Positions 35,966 to 51,125 of a DNA stretch of 64,000 nucleotides are shown piece after piece. Both the position numbers and the translations under genes were made by a program. Numbering within the stretch: position 1 is the stretch's first letter; every line of letters begins with the position of its first letter. This DNA is from Macrostomum hystrix (lineage: Eukaryota > Animalia > Platyhelminthes), in contig CATNEN010000033.1 in NCBI GenBank assembly GCA_950097015.1, positions 5,208,001 through 5,272,000 of the forward strand, written 5' to 3'. The notes below the pieces were generated by a model that saw only the letters and a program-made list of their open reading frames with translations, searched no databases and was not told where the DNA came from.

Positions 35966-36004
35966 CAAAGAAAAATAGTTAGCCCATATCGCATTCTTAT
36001 TGGC

Positions 36005-36170
36005 CGCAACTCCAGAGCTCGGGGTAGAGTTGGCGGGGTGGTTGGTGTCTGGCCTGGACCGGTCCATTCTGATTGGCCGGAACTCTAGAGCTCGGGGTAG
36101 AGATGGTGGGGTGGTTGGTGTCTGGCCCGGACCGGTCCATTCTGATTGGCCGGCACTCTACAGCTGGGGA
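36005..36170. repeat. About 76-bp tandem duplication (2+ copies)
   Basis: agagctcggggtagag..ggtggttggtgtctggcc.ggaccggtccattctgattggccgg occurs twice. Confidence 0.8.
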
Positions 36171-36481
36171 TAGAGTATTTGTGAAGTGACCTCTAGAAAA
36201 GCTGTTCTAAAAAAGAAATAATTAAAAAACACATATAGTAGGCAAAGTGGTTTTGTTACTATATGGCAATGAATGGGCAGGTTGAGCCAAGATATTAGAA
36301 ATATACAAGTCAATTCTCTCCGTGGGCAAAATTGATTGCAGTTTTGGGAAACTACTCGTAGATTGCAAAAAGGTATATTTTTGCTTTTATTTTCACTCTG
36401 GATATGAAAGCTAGCTCGTAATATTGAAAATAAAGTTTTGTATTGTCTATGGCTGCTGGGGGGTTAACCAATTGTAGCTGG

Positions 36482-37283
36482 TCAGCCAGAGCCGCTGCGA
36501 TTGGCTGGGACGGCGCAGGACACTCCGAGCCTCGCGAAGCCAAGCTCCAAGTTGCCGTAGTCCACGGTCTTGAGCACCCAGATGGGCATCTGGACTGGCT
36601 CCTGTTCTGGACACGGACAGCGGACATCCGGCATCAGCCGCGGCAAGCCGTTCGTCATCGGCGTTGATAACGAAGTTCGGCTGCGACTGGAGCTTGCTGA
36701 ACTTGCTGTTGCAGCTGAACTGCTGGTAAAGATAGCTGCCGCAGCCCAGCATGGCGTTGATGCTCTGCAGGTCCGCGGCCGTCAGGCGCTCCGGCGGCGA
36801 CGGTGCCGATCGATTGTGCAGAGTCACGCAGCCGACATCAAAGAGCTCAGTTCTCAGCTCCAGCTTCGTACCGTTGCCCACAGCAGCAAAAAATGAAGCA
36901 GGCAGGCGGGCCTTCCGGCAGTCCAGCAGCAGCTCGGAGGCCATTTTCTTGATGGCGCTCCGGTTGCATCGGCACTCCGACTGCAGGCGCTTAGCGGGCA
37001 GCGCTGCGGGCAGGCCGAACGCGGTCGTCAAGTTGACTTCAGAGAAATAGTCGTAACAGACCCGTTCTCTATTCTCATCTGGGTCTTGGTCCTGGTTGTA
37101 CATCGAGTCGTGGCTTTGATCGCACTTTCTGTCAATCACGGCATACGGTGTGGTCTCACTTAATGCGCCCCAGCCGCAGATTTTCTCAGCGGGGACATGG
37201 CGCAGCTCCGCAGTCAGCAGCAGAAGCGGCAGCAGCAGCAGCGGCAGCGGCAGCAGCAGCGGAAACTTTAAAGTTGCAGACAT
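36482..37283 (-). CDS. Secreted tandem (two-domain) IL-17-like protein A; intronless, 266 aa after removing one extra base near 36645
   Basis: Signal peptide (LLLPLPLLLLPLLLLTA); domain 1 ...QSECRC...DC...FDVGCVTL; domain 2 PNFVINADDER(L)PRLMPDVRCPC...VQMPIWVLK...RLGVSCAV (last part in the shifted frame, stop at 36482). Confidence 0.65.
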
Positions 37284-37799
37284 TGTGGGCAGTTCTTGCA
37301 GATGGCAATGCTGCATCTGTGTCTTATGAAAACTGGTTCAGTACCGTAGATTGAAAACCGCAGACTCGCATGCATGATATTTATATTGATTATTTTGTAC
37401 AGTCGTGTCATTAGCGGGTGGAACTTCCTGAATATTAGTAACTCTCACTTTCCATAACTGCTAAATAAAGCCCACAGTGTCACATTTCTAGATGAGGCAT
37501 CATTTTAGCGGCTGTGGCTGCGGCTGAGTGAAAGGTGTGAACAGATATTGCGGCCCTTAGAAGAACAAAGTACTTCCGCAACTTAAAACATTTTGCCTTA
37601 TTTTAAGCTAAACATTAAATAGAAAGAAAATGTAAGACATTTAGTCACGGAAAAGGATTTCATTGTATGATTCGATTGCTAAAATTAATTTTGCAGCTAA
37701 AAACAGATTTCAGTGTTAACCACTTTTTTGGCTATTCGAAATTAACCTCGACACTAAAAAAATGTTTCTAATCTAATCAGTAAAGCGTGCTAAAGACTA

Positions 37800-37955
37800 T
37801 GAGGAGGCTGTTCTCAGAGGAGGCTGTTCTCAGAGGAGGCTGTTCTCAGAGGAGGCTGTTCTCAGAGGAGGCTGTTCTCAGAGGAGGCTGTTCTCAGAGG
37901 AGGCTGTTCTCAGAGGAGGCTGTTCTCAGAGGAGGCTGTTCTCAGAGGAGGCTGT
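37800..37955. repeat. 16-bp minisatellite (gaggctgttctcagag)
   Basis: Direct periodicity. Confidence 0.9.
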
Positions 37956-38032
37956 TAATCGAGCAGCTAACTGCGGTGTAAAACTGAAGCAATGCACTTG
38001 CAGCAAGCAAAAGAGAATTGCGTCTGTGATAC

Positions 38033-38910
<878 letters not shown>

Positions 38911-39559
38911 CTGCAAACGTCAACATCGGTACGAGTGTTTCCACCTCAAACGAGAGCGTCACCAGCCATAAAAAGCATCTGTGTGTGAAAACACAAATTC
39001 GTCACTGTTTTCCAACTGCCACTTTGAGAACTGCACCGTCAATTTCAATAAGTGAAAGTGAAAGAAAGTATAAAATGGACAAACTGTGCGTAGCACAAAC
39101 ACTAAATCTGGTTGAACGCTGTTCCTTGTTTCCATTTCAAGCTCCTAACACTGTTTGCTTTGTTTCGTGTTTTTCTTGGATTTTTTGGGTTGAAGTTAGA
39201 GCACTGAAATAAATCAATCAGACCATAGTCTATGGTCAACACATATTGAACGTGTGACAATCAGAAGCATTGCTAGTAGGCTTTGTCTATGTGACGATTA
39301 AGAATTAAGAAGTCAAAGTTTAAGTTTAAGTCTTTAACTTTAAGCCATGGACTTTAACCGAAGCAGCGAAATTAAACTAATTTGGCTGAACTATAGTTCA
39401 ATCAAGAATACAGGTTTTACCATAGACTATTCAGAGAGAATAGTCTATGGTAAAAATAAAAACTAAAAACTTCAACCAAATTGTTGAAACAAAAGTCAGA
39501 CGTTGCTGATCTTTCAGTCGACCCGCTCGCTACCCACAGATACTATCCGCACACACACA

Positions 39560-39745
39560 CAGGTGTGTACACCTGCCCCTGACTTTCTCAACGTCAGGCA
39601 GTGTACACTCTCACTGTGCCTTGGAGGTTGGCCCTCAAATTTCACGACAAGCCCCAAGCCATCTCTCCGCGGCTGGGACATTGGCGCGAGAGTTGGGTCC
39701 CAGAAAACATGGGAGAACTATCCCGAGGCTATGGCTGACTAGCAA
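39560..39745 (+). repeat. Dispersed repeat copy 2
   Basis: cctgactttctcaacgtcagg hairpin plus aaatttcacgacaagccccaagccatctctcc, as in copies 1 and 3. Confidence 0.7.
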
Positions 39746-40105
39746 TTTTCAAGTCATGTTCAGCCATGAGCCTGCTCATTTTCTGGTTCGGCGCCGAGGC
39801 TGACTGACAAGTCAAAGCAGTTTTCTCAAATTTGAAAAATGTCGGAAGGAAGTGCGAAGATTTCAGCACCGCCTCGCAAGAGATTTTCGAATGGATCTGA
39901 CTGAAATATCCCAAGATTGATCCCCCTTCCGGCAGGTTCGCCCTCAGGGTGGGAAGATTGCTCAGGTGCGATAATTTCTCATGAGCGCCTATAAAGCTGA
40001 GCCTGGGGACAGCTGAGGCTGCTCTCATTCAGCTGGATCTCAAGGCACCGAAGCTGACAGACGGTCTCTCTGACAAATAAACAAAGCCTTATCAACTGCA
40101 GCACA

Positions 40106-40470
40106 ATGATCGGCCTGAACCTCTGGCTTCTGCTGGCCCTGGCTGCCGCTGCCGCAGCGGCTCCGCCAGCAGTTCAAGAGGAGAAGGACGAGCTGATGCC
40201 CATGGACTTGTTCCCAATGATGCAGCCCTGGCAGAGGTGCCTGTACTTTTGCAATCACTGCTTCAGGACTCCGGCCCAGGTAAAATTGCGCCAGATTCCA
40301 CTCTGCTTTCAGTAGCTCAGGTATCAACAGCTCGCCATCATTTGCCCACCTCCCAGACTGTTGAGTTGCTTCACTGCGCCAACACTTGGTGCCTGAAAGA
40401 CCTGCTGAAATCGGGCGTCCTACCTAAGCAGGCCACAACCGACTGTCCAATCATGCGGCTGGTGCAGTGA
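40106..40470 (+). CDS. Eclosion-hormone-like secreted 6-Cys peptide (exons 40106-40279, 40357-40470)
   Basis: Signal peptide MIGLNLWLLLALAAAAAA; spliced core CLYFCNHCFRTPAQ|TVELLHCANTWC...DC = C-x3-C-x2-C-x12-C-x4-C-x17-C; TATAAA at 39990, AATAAA at 40582. Confidence 0.65.
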
Positions 40471-40719
40471 GGCTGGACTTGACTGCTCAGACTGCTCAGA
40501 CTGCTCAGACTGCTCAGACTGCTCAGACTGCCGGCAAAGGCGACATCTGTTACCGACTGAGTAGCGACTGGAACATTCATTAATAAAATACTGGAGCCCT
40601 ATGAAACACAAAGCCCATTGCTCATTGGCAAATGCTGCTTTAATTTCTAAACTGTTAAGTATCCGAAAACAAAATTTAAATCTGATTAAAAAGCTTCAGG
40701 AAGCTAAACGAGGTGTCAG

Positions 40720-41460
40720 GGAGCTTATAAAGATGTCCGGTAGCTTATCAAAGTGTCAGGTAGCTGAAAGAAGTGTCAGGTAGCTTATCAAAGTTTCAGG
40801 TAGCTGAAAGAAGTGTCAGGTAGCTTATCAAAGTGTCAGGTAGCTGAAAGAAGTGTCAGGTAGCTGAAAGAAGTGTCAGGTAGCTGAAAGAAGTGTCAGG
40901 TAGCTTATAAATATGTCAGGTAGCTTATCAAAGTTTCAGGTAGCTGAAAGAAGTGTCAGGTAGCTTATAAATATGTCAGGTAGCTTATCAAAGTTTCAGG
41001 TAGCTGATAAAGATGTCAGGTAGCTAAAAGAAGTGTCAGGTAGCTGATAAAGATGTCAGGTAGCTAAAAAAAGTGTCAGGTAGTTGATAAAGATGTCAGG
41101 CAGCTAAAAGAAGTGTCAGGTAGTTGATAAAGATGTCAGGTAGCTAAAAGAAGTGTCAGGTAGTTGATAAAGATGTCAGGCAGCTAAAAGAAGTGTCAGG
41201 TAGTTGATAAAGATGTCAGGCAGCTAAAAGAAGTGTCAGGTAGTTGATAAAGATGTCAGGCAGCTAAAAGAAGTGTCAGGTAGTTGATAAAGATGTCAGG
41301 CAGCTAAAAGAAGTGTCAGGTAGTTGATAAAGATGTCAGGCAGCTAAAAGAAGTGTCAGGTAGCTTATAAAGATGTCAGGTAGCTTATCAAAGTGTCAGT
41401 TAACTGATAAAAGTGTCAGGTAGCTGAAATAAGTGTCAGGTAGCTGATTAATGTGTCAGC
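40720..41460. repeat. 20-bp minisatellite (gtcaggtagctgaaagaagt and variants)
   Basis: Direct periodicity. Confidence 0.9.
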
Positions 41461-42109
41461 ATATGAGATGTCAGAAAATTTTCCGAAAATGAATAAAAAC
41501 TATGAAATCGAGTTCGCATTTCAATCTATACTTTTAGTTTTGTGCCGCAGTCGCTACCTATTGGTTTATTGAGATTTTTGTTAAACATTGCAATAAATTT
41601 ACTGCAACAATAACTCTATTAAAAAGCGGAAATATATTTAAATAAGCTCCAAAAACTTGAGTGGTACACAGAACATTGGCTATAGGAGCGATAAAAACAC
41701 CTGAAAAATTCATCTAAGGCCAAGACCAATTAGCTAATGCCATGCGGCTAGCATCACAGAGAAGAAATCACAAAAATAAATATTCGCATTCTCAGTACAC
41801 TACTGTTTGAGTAGGCTACTAAAGATAGAATAAAAGCGACTACAAGGAGACACGATGAGAAATAATCGATATCAAGGCATCCATCAGAGGCTTTCTACAG
41901 CAGCAAATAAATAAATAAAATAAATCAGAAGAATATATCAGGCACTAAAATAAACAAGAAGGCATGGGTTAAACACTGCACAAATTCAGAATACAGAATA
42001 ATACAGCAATATGAAATCAAGGCAAGGAAAATATATTTACACATTTACAAATATTTAGAGGCCAATTGCAGTTTCAATGGTTGGAAATAAACAAGACAGG
42101 CTTGATTTG

Positions 42110-43475
42110 TTAGGCAGTGCTCTGACCTGTTAGACAGTGCTCTGACCTGTTAGACAGTGCTCTGACCTGTTAGACAGTGCTCTGACCTGTTAGATAGTGT
42201 GCTCTGACCTGATAGACAGTGCTCTGACCTGTTAGACAGTGCTCTGACCTGTTAGACAGTGCTCTGACCTGTTAGATAGTGTGCTCTGACCTGATAGACA
42301 GTGCTCTGACCTGTTAGACAGTGCTCTGACCTGTTAGACAGTGCTCTGACCTGTTAGATAGTGTGCTCTGACCTGATAGACAGTGCTCTGACCTGTTAGG
42401 CAGTGCTCTGACCTGTTAGACAGTGCTCTGACCTGTTAGACAGTGCTCTGACCTGTTAGATAGTGTGCTCTGACCTGTTAGATAGTGTGCTCTGACCTGA
42501 TAGACAGTGCTCTGACCTGTTAGACAGTGCTCTGACCTGTTAGTCAGTGCTCTGACCTGTTAGATAGTGTGCTCTGACCTGTTAGTCAGTGCTCTGACCT
42601 GTTAGACAGTGCTCTGACCTGTTAGTCAGTGCTCTGACCTGTTAGACAGTGCTCTGACCTGTTAGTCAGTGCTCTGACCTGTTAGACAGTGCTCTGACCT
42701 GTTAGTCAGTGCTCTGACCTGTTAGTCAGTGCTCTGACCTGTTAGACAGTGCTCTGACCTGATAGACAGTGCTCTGACCTGTTAGACAGTGCTCTGACCT
42801 GTTAGTCAGTGCTCTGACCTGTTAGACAGTGCTCTGACCTGTTAGACAGTGCTCTGACCTGTTAGACAGTGCTCTGACCTGTTAGACAGTGCTCTGACCT
42901 GTTAGACAGTGCTCTGACCTGTTAGTCAGTGCTCTGACCTGTTAGTCAGTGCTCTGACCTGTTAGACAGTGCTTACCTGTTAGTCAGTGCTCTGACCTGT
43001 TAGACAGTGCTCTGACCTGTTAGACAGTGCTCTGACCTGTTAGTCAGTGCTCTGACCTGTTAGTCAGTGCTCTGACCTGTTAGACAGTGCTCTGACCTGT
43101 TAGTCAGTGCTCTGACCTGTTAGTCAGTGCTCTGACTTGTTAGACAGTGCTCTGACCTGTTAGTCAGTGCTCTGACCTGTTAGACAGTGCTCTGACCTGT
43201 TAGACAGTGCTCTGACCTGTTAGACAGTGCTCTGACCTGTTAGACAGTGTGCTCTGACCTGATAGACAGTGCTCTGACCTGTTAGACAGTGCTCTGACTT
43301 GTTAGACAGTGCTCTGACTTGTTAGACAGTGCTCTGACCTGTTAGTCAGTGCTCTGACCTGTTAGATAGTGTGCTCTGACCTGATAGACAGTGCTCTGAC
43401 CTGTTAGTCAGTGCTCTGACCTGTTAGACAGTTCTCTGACCTGTTAGATAGGTTAGACAGGTCAGAGCACTGACC
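42110..43475. repeat. 20-bp minisatellite (cagtgctctgacctgttaga) ending in one inverted unit
   Basis: About 65 units; acaggtcagagcactg at about 43457 is the reverse complement. Confidence 0.93.
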
Positions 43476-43854
43476 TGTTAAAAGGGGTCTCAAAAAGGAT
43501 TTTTTCCCAAAATATTCCCGCGAAGCTCATTTAGCACACCTAAACAAATAATATGTCTGACAGAAACAATCAAAACAGATAATCAAGCACAGCAATGCGG
43601 CTTTGTCTAAAAGGAAATAGCTATTGAAGATGAAATTGAAATCGTGAAATGAGGTAAAATGCCTCGTATGATAAGATTAATGTAAAAAAGCAAACGAAAA
43701 GAAACAGAAAAACCAAGTGTGCCCTTGGTGAGTGTTTTTAAAAGCAGCTGCTCTCCATGACTGAACGGTGGGAATTCCTAAATGGGAAACTTCAAGCTCA
43801 TGCACCTTGGACCTCGGATTGAGCTTGCGATGGGCGCGAGATGAGGCTGAGATG

Positions 43855-44375
43855 GTGTGGGATGGGACTATAATATGTGTGGGATGGGACTATAATATGT
43901 GTGGGATGGGATTATAATATGTGTGGGATGGGACTATAATATGTGTGGGATGGGATTATAATATGTGTGGGGGGCGGGACGATAATAGGTGTGGGATGGG
44001 ATTATGATGGGTGTGGGATGGGATTATGATGGGTGTGGGATGGGATTATGATGGGTGTGGGATGGGATTATGATGGGTGTGGGATGGGATTATGATGGGT
44101 GTGGGATGGGATTATGATGGTTTTGGGATGGGATTATGATGGGTGTGGGATGGGATTATGATGGGTGTGGGATGGGATTATGATGGTTTTGGGATGGGAC
44201 TATGATGGGTGTGGGATGGGACTATGACGGGTGTGGGATGGGACTATGATGGGTGTGGGATGGGACTATGACGGGTGTGGGATGGGACTATGATGGGTGT
44301 GGGATGGGATTATGATGGGTGTGGGATGGGACTATGACAGGTGTGGGATGGGACTATGACGGGTGTGGGATGGGG
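43855..44375. repeat. 22-bp G-rich minisatellite (gggtgtgggatgggattatgat)
   Basis: Direct periodicity downstream of FoxJ2/3. Confidence 0.9.
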
Positions 44376-44726
44376 GACGTTTTACGCTAGCAAAGGTCAT
44401 AGAAATTTACAATCGCACATAAATATGAATCCAAATGAGACATTGTAATTTACAATAAAATTGACAGAAGTTGCACAGCTATCAGCAAAAGTTATACAGC
44501 CAAGGAAATTATCTGTACAGTTTTGGTGATAGATGGTTTCAAAGCAAAATTTTGCATTGCAAGTCGACAGGCAGGTTGGCATTTGCTGCGTCCAAGAAAA
44601 ATAAAATTAATAACTTGGTCACATCTCACTAGTGCTGTTCTGATTGCGATATTTTGCAGTTCTGTGAGTTGCTTGCGCCATTCGCTTGGTCTGTGAGCAC
44701 GTTGCCGGCATCCTGTTCTCAGATGC

Positions 44727-47471
<2,745 letters not shown>

Positions 47472-49558
47472 TCTTAATAAATATATTTTTAATGAGGCTT
47501 CTGTGAATTCTGACAATCCTACGTGCACCTTTTAATTAGCGTTTTTGCATATTTAACTGATATTACTATAAATAAAAATGCGCAGTTCAAGCCGTAGAAA
47601 TACGAAAATCGAACTAAATACGCTTCTAGAAATTAGGGCTTTGGCTACAATGAAAATAAAAAGGACGTATAAAATGCAAGTTAAAGCAAGGGATCAAACT
47701 TAAAGTAATACAAGTTAATTCGTTTTTACAGTCGGATAAAAATGAATACCGTTTAAATGTATTTTTTAAGGAACTTCATAGCCCTCCAGTTTTGCCTCTG
47801 AAAAAATAATTTTTTTTTTTGTTTAAATTGGGATCATCGTTGGAATTCCGCGTGTTCCGTGTGAAGGGGTGGACAGAAACTTCTTACGCTATTCATTATC
47901 ACAATTAACACGGGTCTTTACCTTCTAATAAGGTCATTGAAGAGCCAGCTTTTATTTCAAAATAGTATAACTTTACAATGTGTTCCTCAATTTAGTTGCT
48001 TTTTTGTATTTGCTGCTGTATCCTTATTGTCAGCAATTGTTGCAGACCTCTTTCGTTATACTATTATATTTTACTTAATAATATTAATACTGCATTAATA
48101 TTCTCTTATTTATTTATCTAATAACTCCAGTCACTTGTCCGTGACTCAGTTAGGCATCATACACACCCTTCTAGCTGGTCGAACAAACTATTCTGATAGT
48201 TTGGGTAGCGTGGCGTTTCTACACGATAGATTCTGGCCTCTTGCAAGTGGTTTTCTAGATTCTGGATCTAGCTTTATTTCTAGAGATATCAACCTCTGAG
48301 TGCTTCTGAATACTTCAGATATGTCAGGCTCTCTGTCCTTCTCGGGCTTTCCCCGGATCGGTGTTAACAGCTTTCACTCACTCAGAAATATGTATAATTA
48401 GGCTTTGGAATATGCTCACGAAGAGACTTAAACTGTTTAAGCTTCCAATTTACTGGTTGGCCCAACGGTTAGCTTCCTATATAAAACCCCCTCTATATTT
48501 ATACTAAAATCCTATTGAATACTCCCAGTATATTTTAGTGGCGTAAAACAAATATTATCTATAGATATTTGTAGCACATAAAATAATATATAAAAATATT
48601 TCGCGCGCTAGTTTGATTTGACCAATTAGGCCCTTTTACACAATGTTGACAGTGTCAGCGATTAATTAGTCGAGATGAAATGGGATCGAGTAAAATAATC
48701 CATGCTCGAATAGGTACGCGGCCGAACTGTCTATTATACAAAGTCGAGTGTAACATATTTTAAAACAAAAATGTTTTTTTTTAATACACTACACTTATAG
48801 CTATTATATTTAATTTGTGCTCGGAGTGCATTAAGAGCTATTAAATTAGCTTAAACACTCGGACAAATTTTGTTCACTTAATAACAATTGTGAAGGATTT
48901 AATAGATTTAATAGAGGCAAAACTATTTCTCTTGCATTATCTTAAGAGTTATAAAGACCACACATCATGATGCATCAGTCCATCAACATTGCATATAATG
49001 AATTAATTTTATAGTTACACATCTGAGCGTATGTTGCTGTATGATCAATGGCGCGTTCGTCCATGCAACGTATGAATACAAAATGTATTCTTGCTAAATG
49101 ATTAATTGTTGGCACTGTAAAGTAATCGCTGCTAACTGTGCGTAAACAGAACTGGCCAAATATAGGTCTCGACGATATGTTGATCAAATTGAATATACAT
49201 CTGCTACTACGAGTATAATAATATAAGGAAGCCATTGATAAAATTAACAGAATGCTGAATTATAGATTTGTCAAGCCATGTGTTAAAGTTGTTCCTTAAT
49301 TTACATGTTTCCCGTGTGCTGCTGGTTTAGGGCAGCCAACAATAAAACCTTGTTGCCGGCATAACAAATTTAGTCACTTCCAATACACTCATTAAGCGTG
49401 CAAGAGTCAATGCTAAATTAGTCTAAACGGTCGCTTCTGTGGCAGCCGACCAGCAGGCTACAGACGCATAAATACAAGTGAACTGTCACAGGAATCACCA
49501 GCAAAGGTGTTTAAGAACTAAATTTGTCCGTTAGTAGAGAAAACTAGCTTAGTTTGCT

Positions 49559-50369
49559 ATGACGATGCGGCCTTACATACTGCTGGTCCAGCTGCTGCGG
49601 CCGCTGCTGCTGTTGCTGCAGGCTTGGCCGAGCAGTTGTTATCGAGTCGATGAATATCACGCATGCGGCTGGGGTGTCAACAGCAAAAACCTGACCTTCG
49701 CCGCTTATTCAGGTGTGGCATATACCCAGCCTGAAGCTTGCGAGACCAGCAGCATGGGCGAGACCAAGCAGGACTACCCAGACATCCCAACTGACAACAG
49801 GAGACGCCTGTGCCCGGACCTGTTCTGGCCAATCGAGAATCCTGCGCCAACGCTGCCACGGCTGCGCTACGAGTCCGGCTGCCAGTGCAACACGAGCCAG
49901 AACCCGGAGCTAAACCTGCACATGCAGTGCCGGACCTTCCAGCTGCCCGTGGCTTCTCTGGAGCCCGTTGGAAACAGCTCGACTCTCCGGCTGGTAACTC
50001 GACTGATGGGCGTCGGCTGCGCCGCCCTGCTCAGCCTACCGCGGTCTCGCCGGAGCCCGGAGCCGCTAACTGGCAGCGACCTGCGCCGCCTCAATGCCAT
50101 GCTGGGCTGCGGTCGCTCCGTCTACCAGCCCGTCAGCTGCAGCGCCATCGCCAACCAGTCGCAGCCGGCGTTCGTGATCAACGCTGATGACGACCGGGTG
50201 CCGCGGCTGCTGCCGGACGTTCGCTGCCCGTGCGACGGCCAGGAGCTGGTGAAGTTGCCGCTCTGGGTTCTCAAGCAAAAGAAAGACGGGCAGCATGGTG
50301 CAGGAAATCGCTAGTGTTGGGGTGTCTTGTGCAGTTTGTGTAACGTGGAAGCTGCTTTGCTCACTCTGA
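49559..50369 (+). CDS. Secreted tandem (two-domain) IL-17-like protein B; intronless, 269 aa after removing one extra A near 50282
   Basis: Signal peptide; domain 1 RLCP...LPRLRYESGCQC...QCRTF...MGVGCAA; domain 2 PAFVINADDDRVPRLLPDVRCPC..LVKLPLWVLK..(shifted frame)SMVQEIASVGVSCAV; clear paralog of 36482-37283. Confidence 0.68.
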
Positions 50370-51004
50370 CACATTTCATTGCAGCTGGGTCAATGCAGCT
50401 TAATAAATGTACATTCAAGAGCATCATGCTTACCTGTAAATTTCATACATGTTTTTCTTCATTCTTCTATATATATATTATAACCGATTACCTTTTATCT
50501 GAGATGTGTATCACGCATGTACTCGAAATCATTATAAATATTATATTCTTTTGTTCATGATCGCATTCAAAACTGCGAGGTTTTTTAGTCAAACTTTCAA
50601 TAGAGAATACCTTGATGGCGATGCTTTTAACTGGCTTGTTTCATTAAGAAATACCGATTAATACGGTGTTGCAGAGAGCGGTATAACGTGTGCGCCTCTC
50701 GCACCAAGGTCCCTGTGAGAGATACAATTCAGACTACTGACAACAGTAGAAAAGCAAAGACTTGGCTGCAAAACTCTCACATAACACTAAAAAAGTATTG
50801 CCATAAAATAGCAAGGTTAAATGAGACTTTTGTGCACACTAAGAGTGGTGTGCACACTAAGAGTGGTGGGAGAGGGACTGTGTGTGGCTATGGCTGACTG
50901 ACGAAGGCAAACAAGCCAGAGACCTGTCTCGGTCTGCCAGTGCGAGGTTCGTTCCCCACTTTTAGTGTGTTACAGTCCCTGAGCTAGATATTACGCTTCG
51001 AGGC

Positions 51005-51125
51005 CACATTCATTTGGGGCACAGCCTCGGAGAGAAGGTTTTGGGGGCTTGTCGTGCAAATTAGATCCTTGGATGGCACCTCAAGGCACAGTGATAGTGT
51101 TGAGAAAGTCAGGACAGGTGTATAT
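51005..51125 (-). repeat. Dispersed repeat copy 3 (inverted)
   Basis: acattcatttggggcacagcctcggagaga..gggcttgtcgtgcaaatt..gagaaagtcagg aligns with the reverse complement of copies 1 and 2. Confidence 0.7.

Noticed and set aside
36447-36640. ORF-track C-terminus of ligand A (AADAGCPLSVSRTG...TPQQP) and GQHGAGNR end of ligand B
   Set aside because: The alternative frames align with each other and with the IL-17 terminal strand, while the track frames share no similarity.
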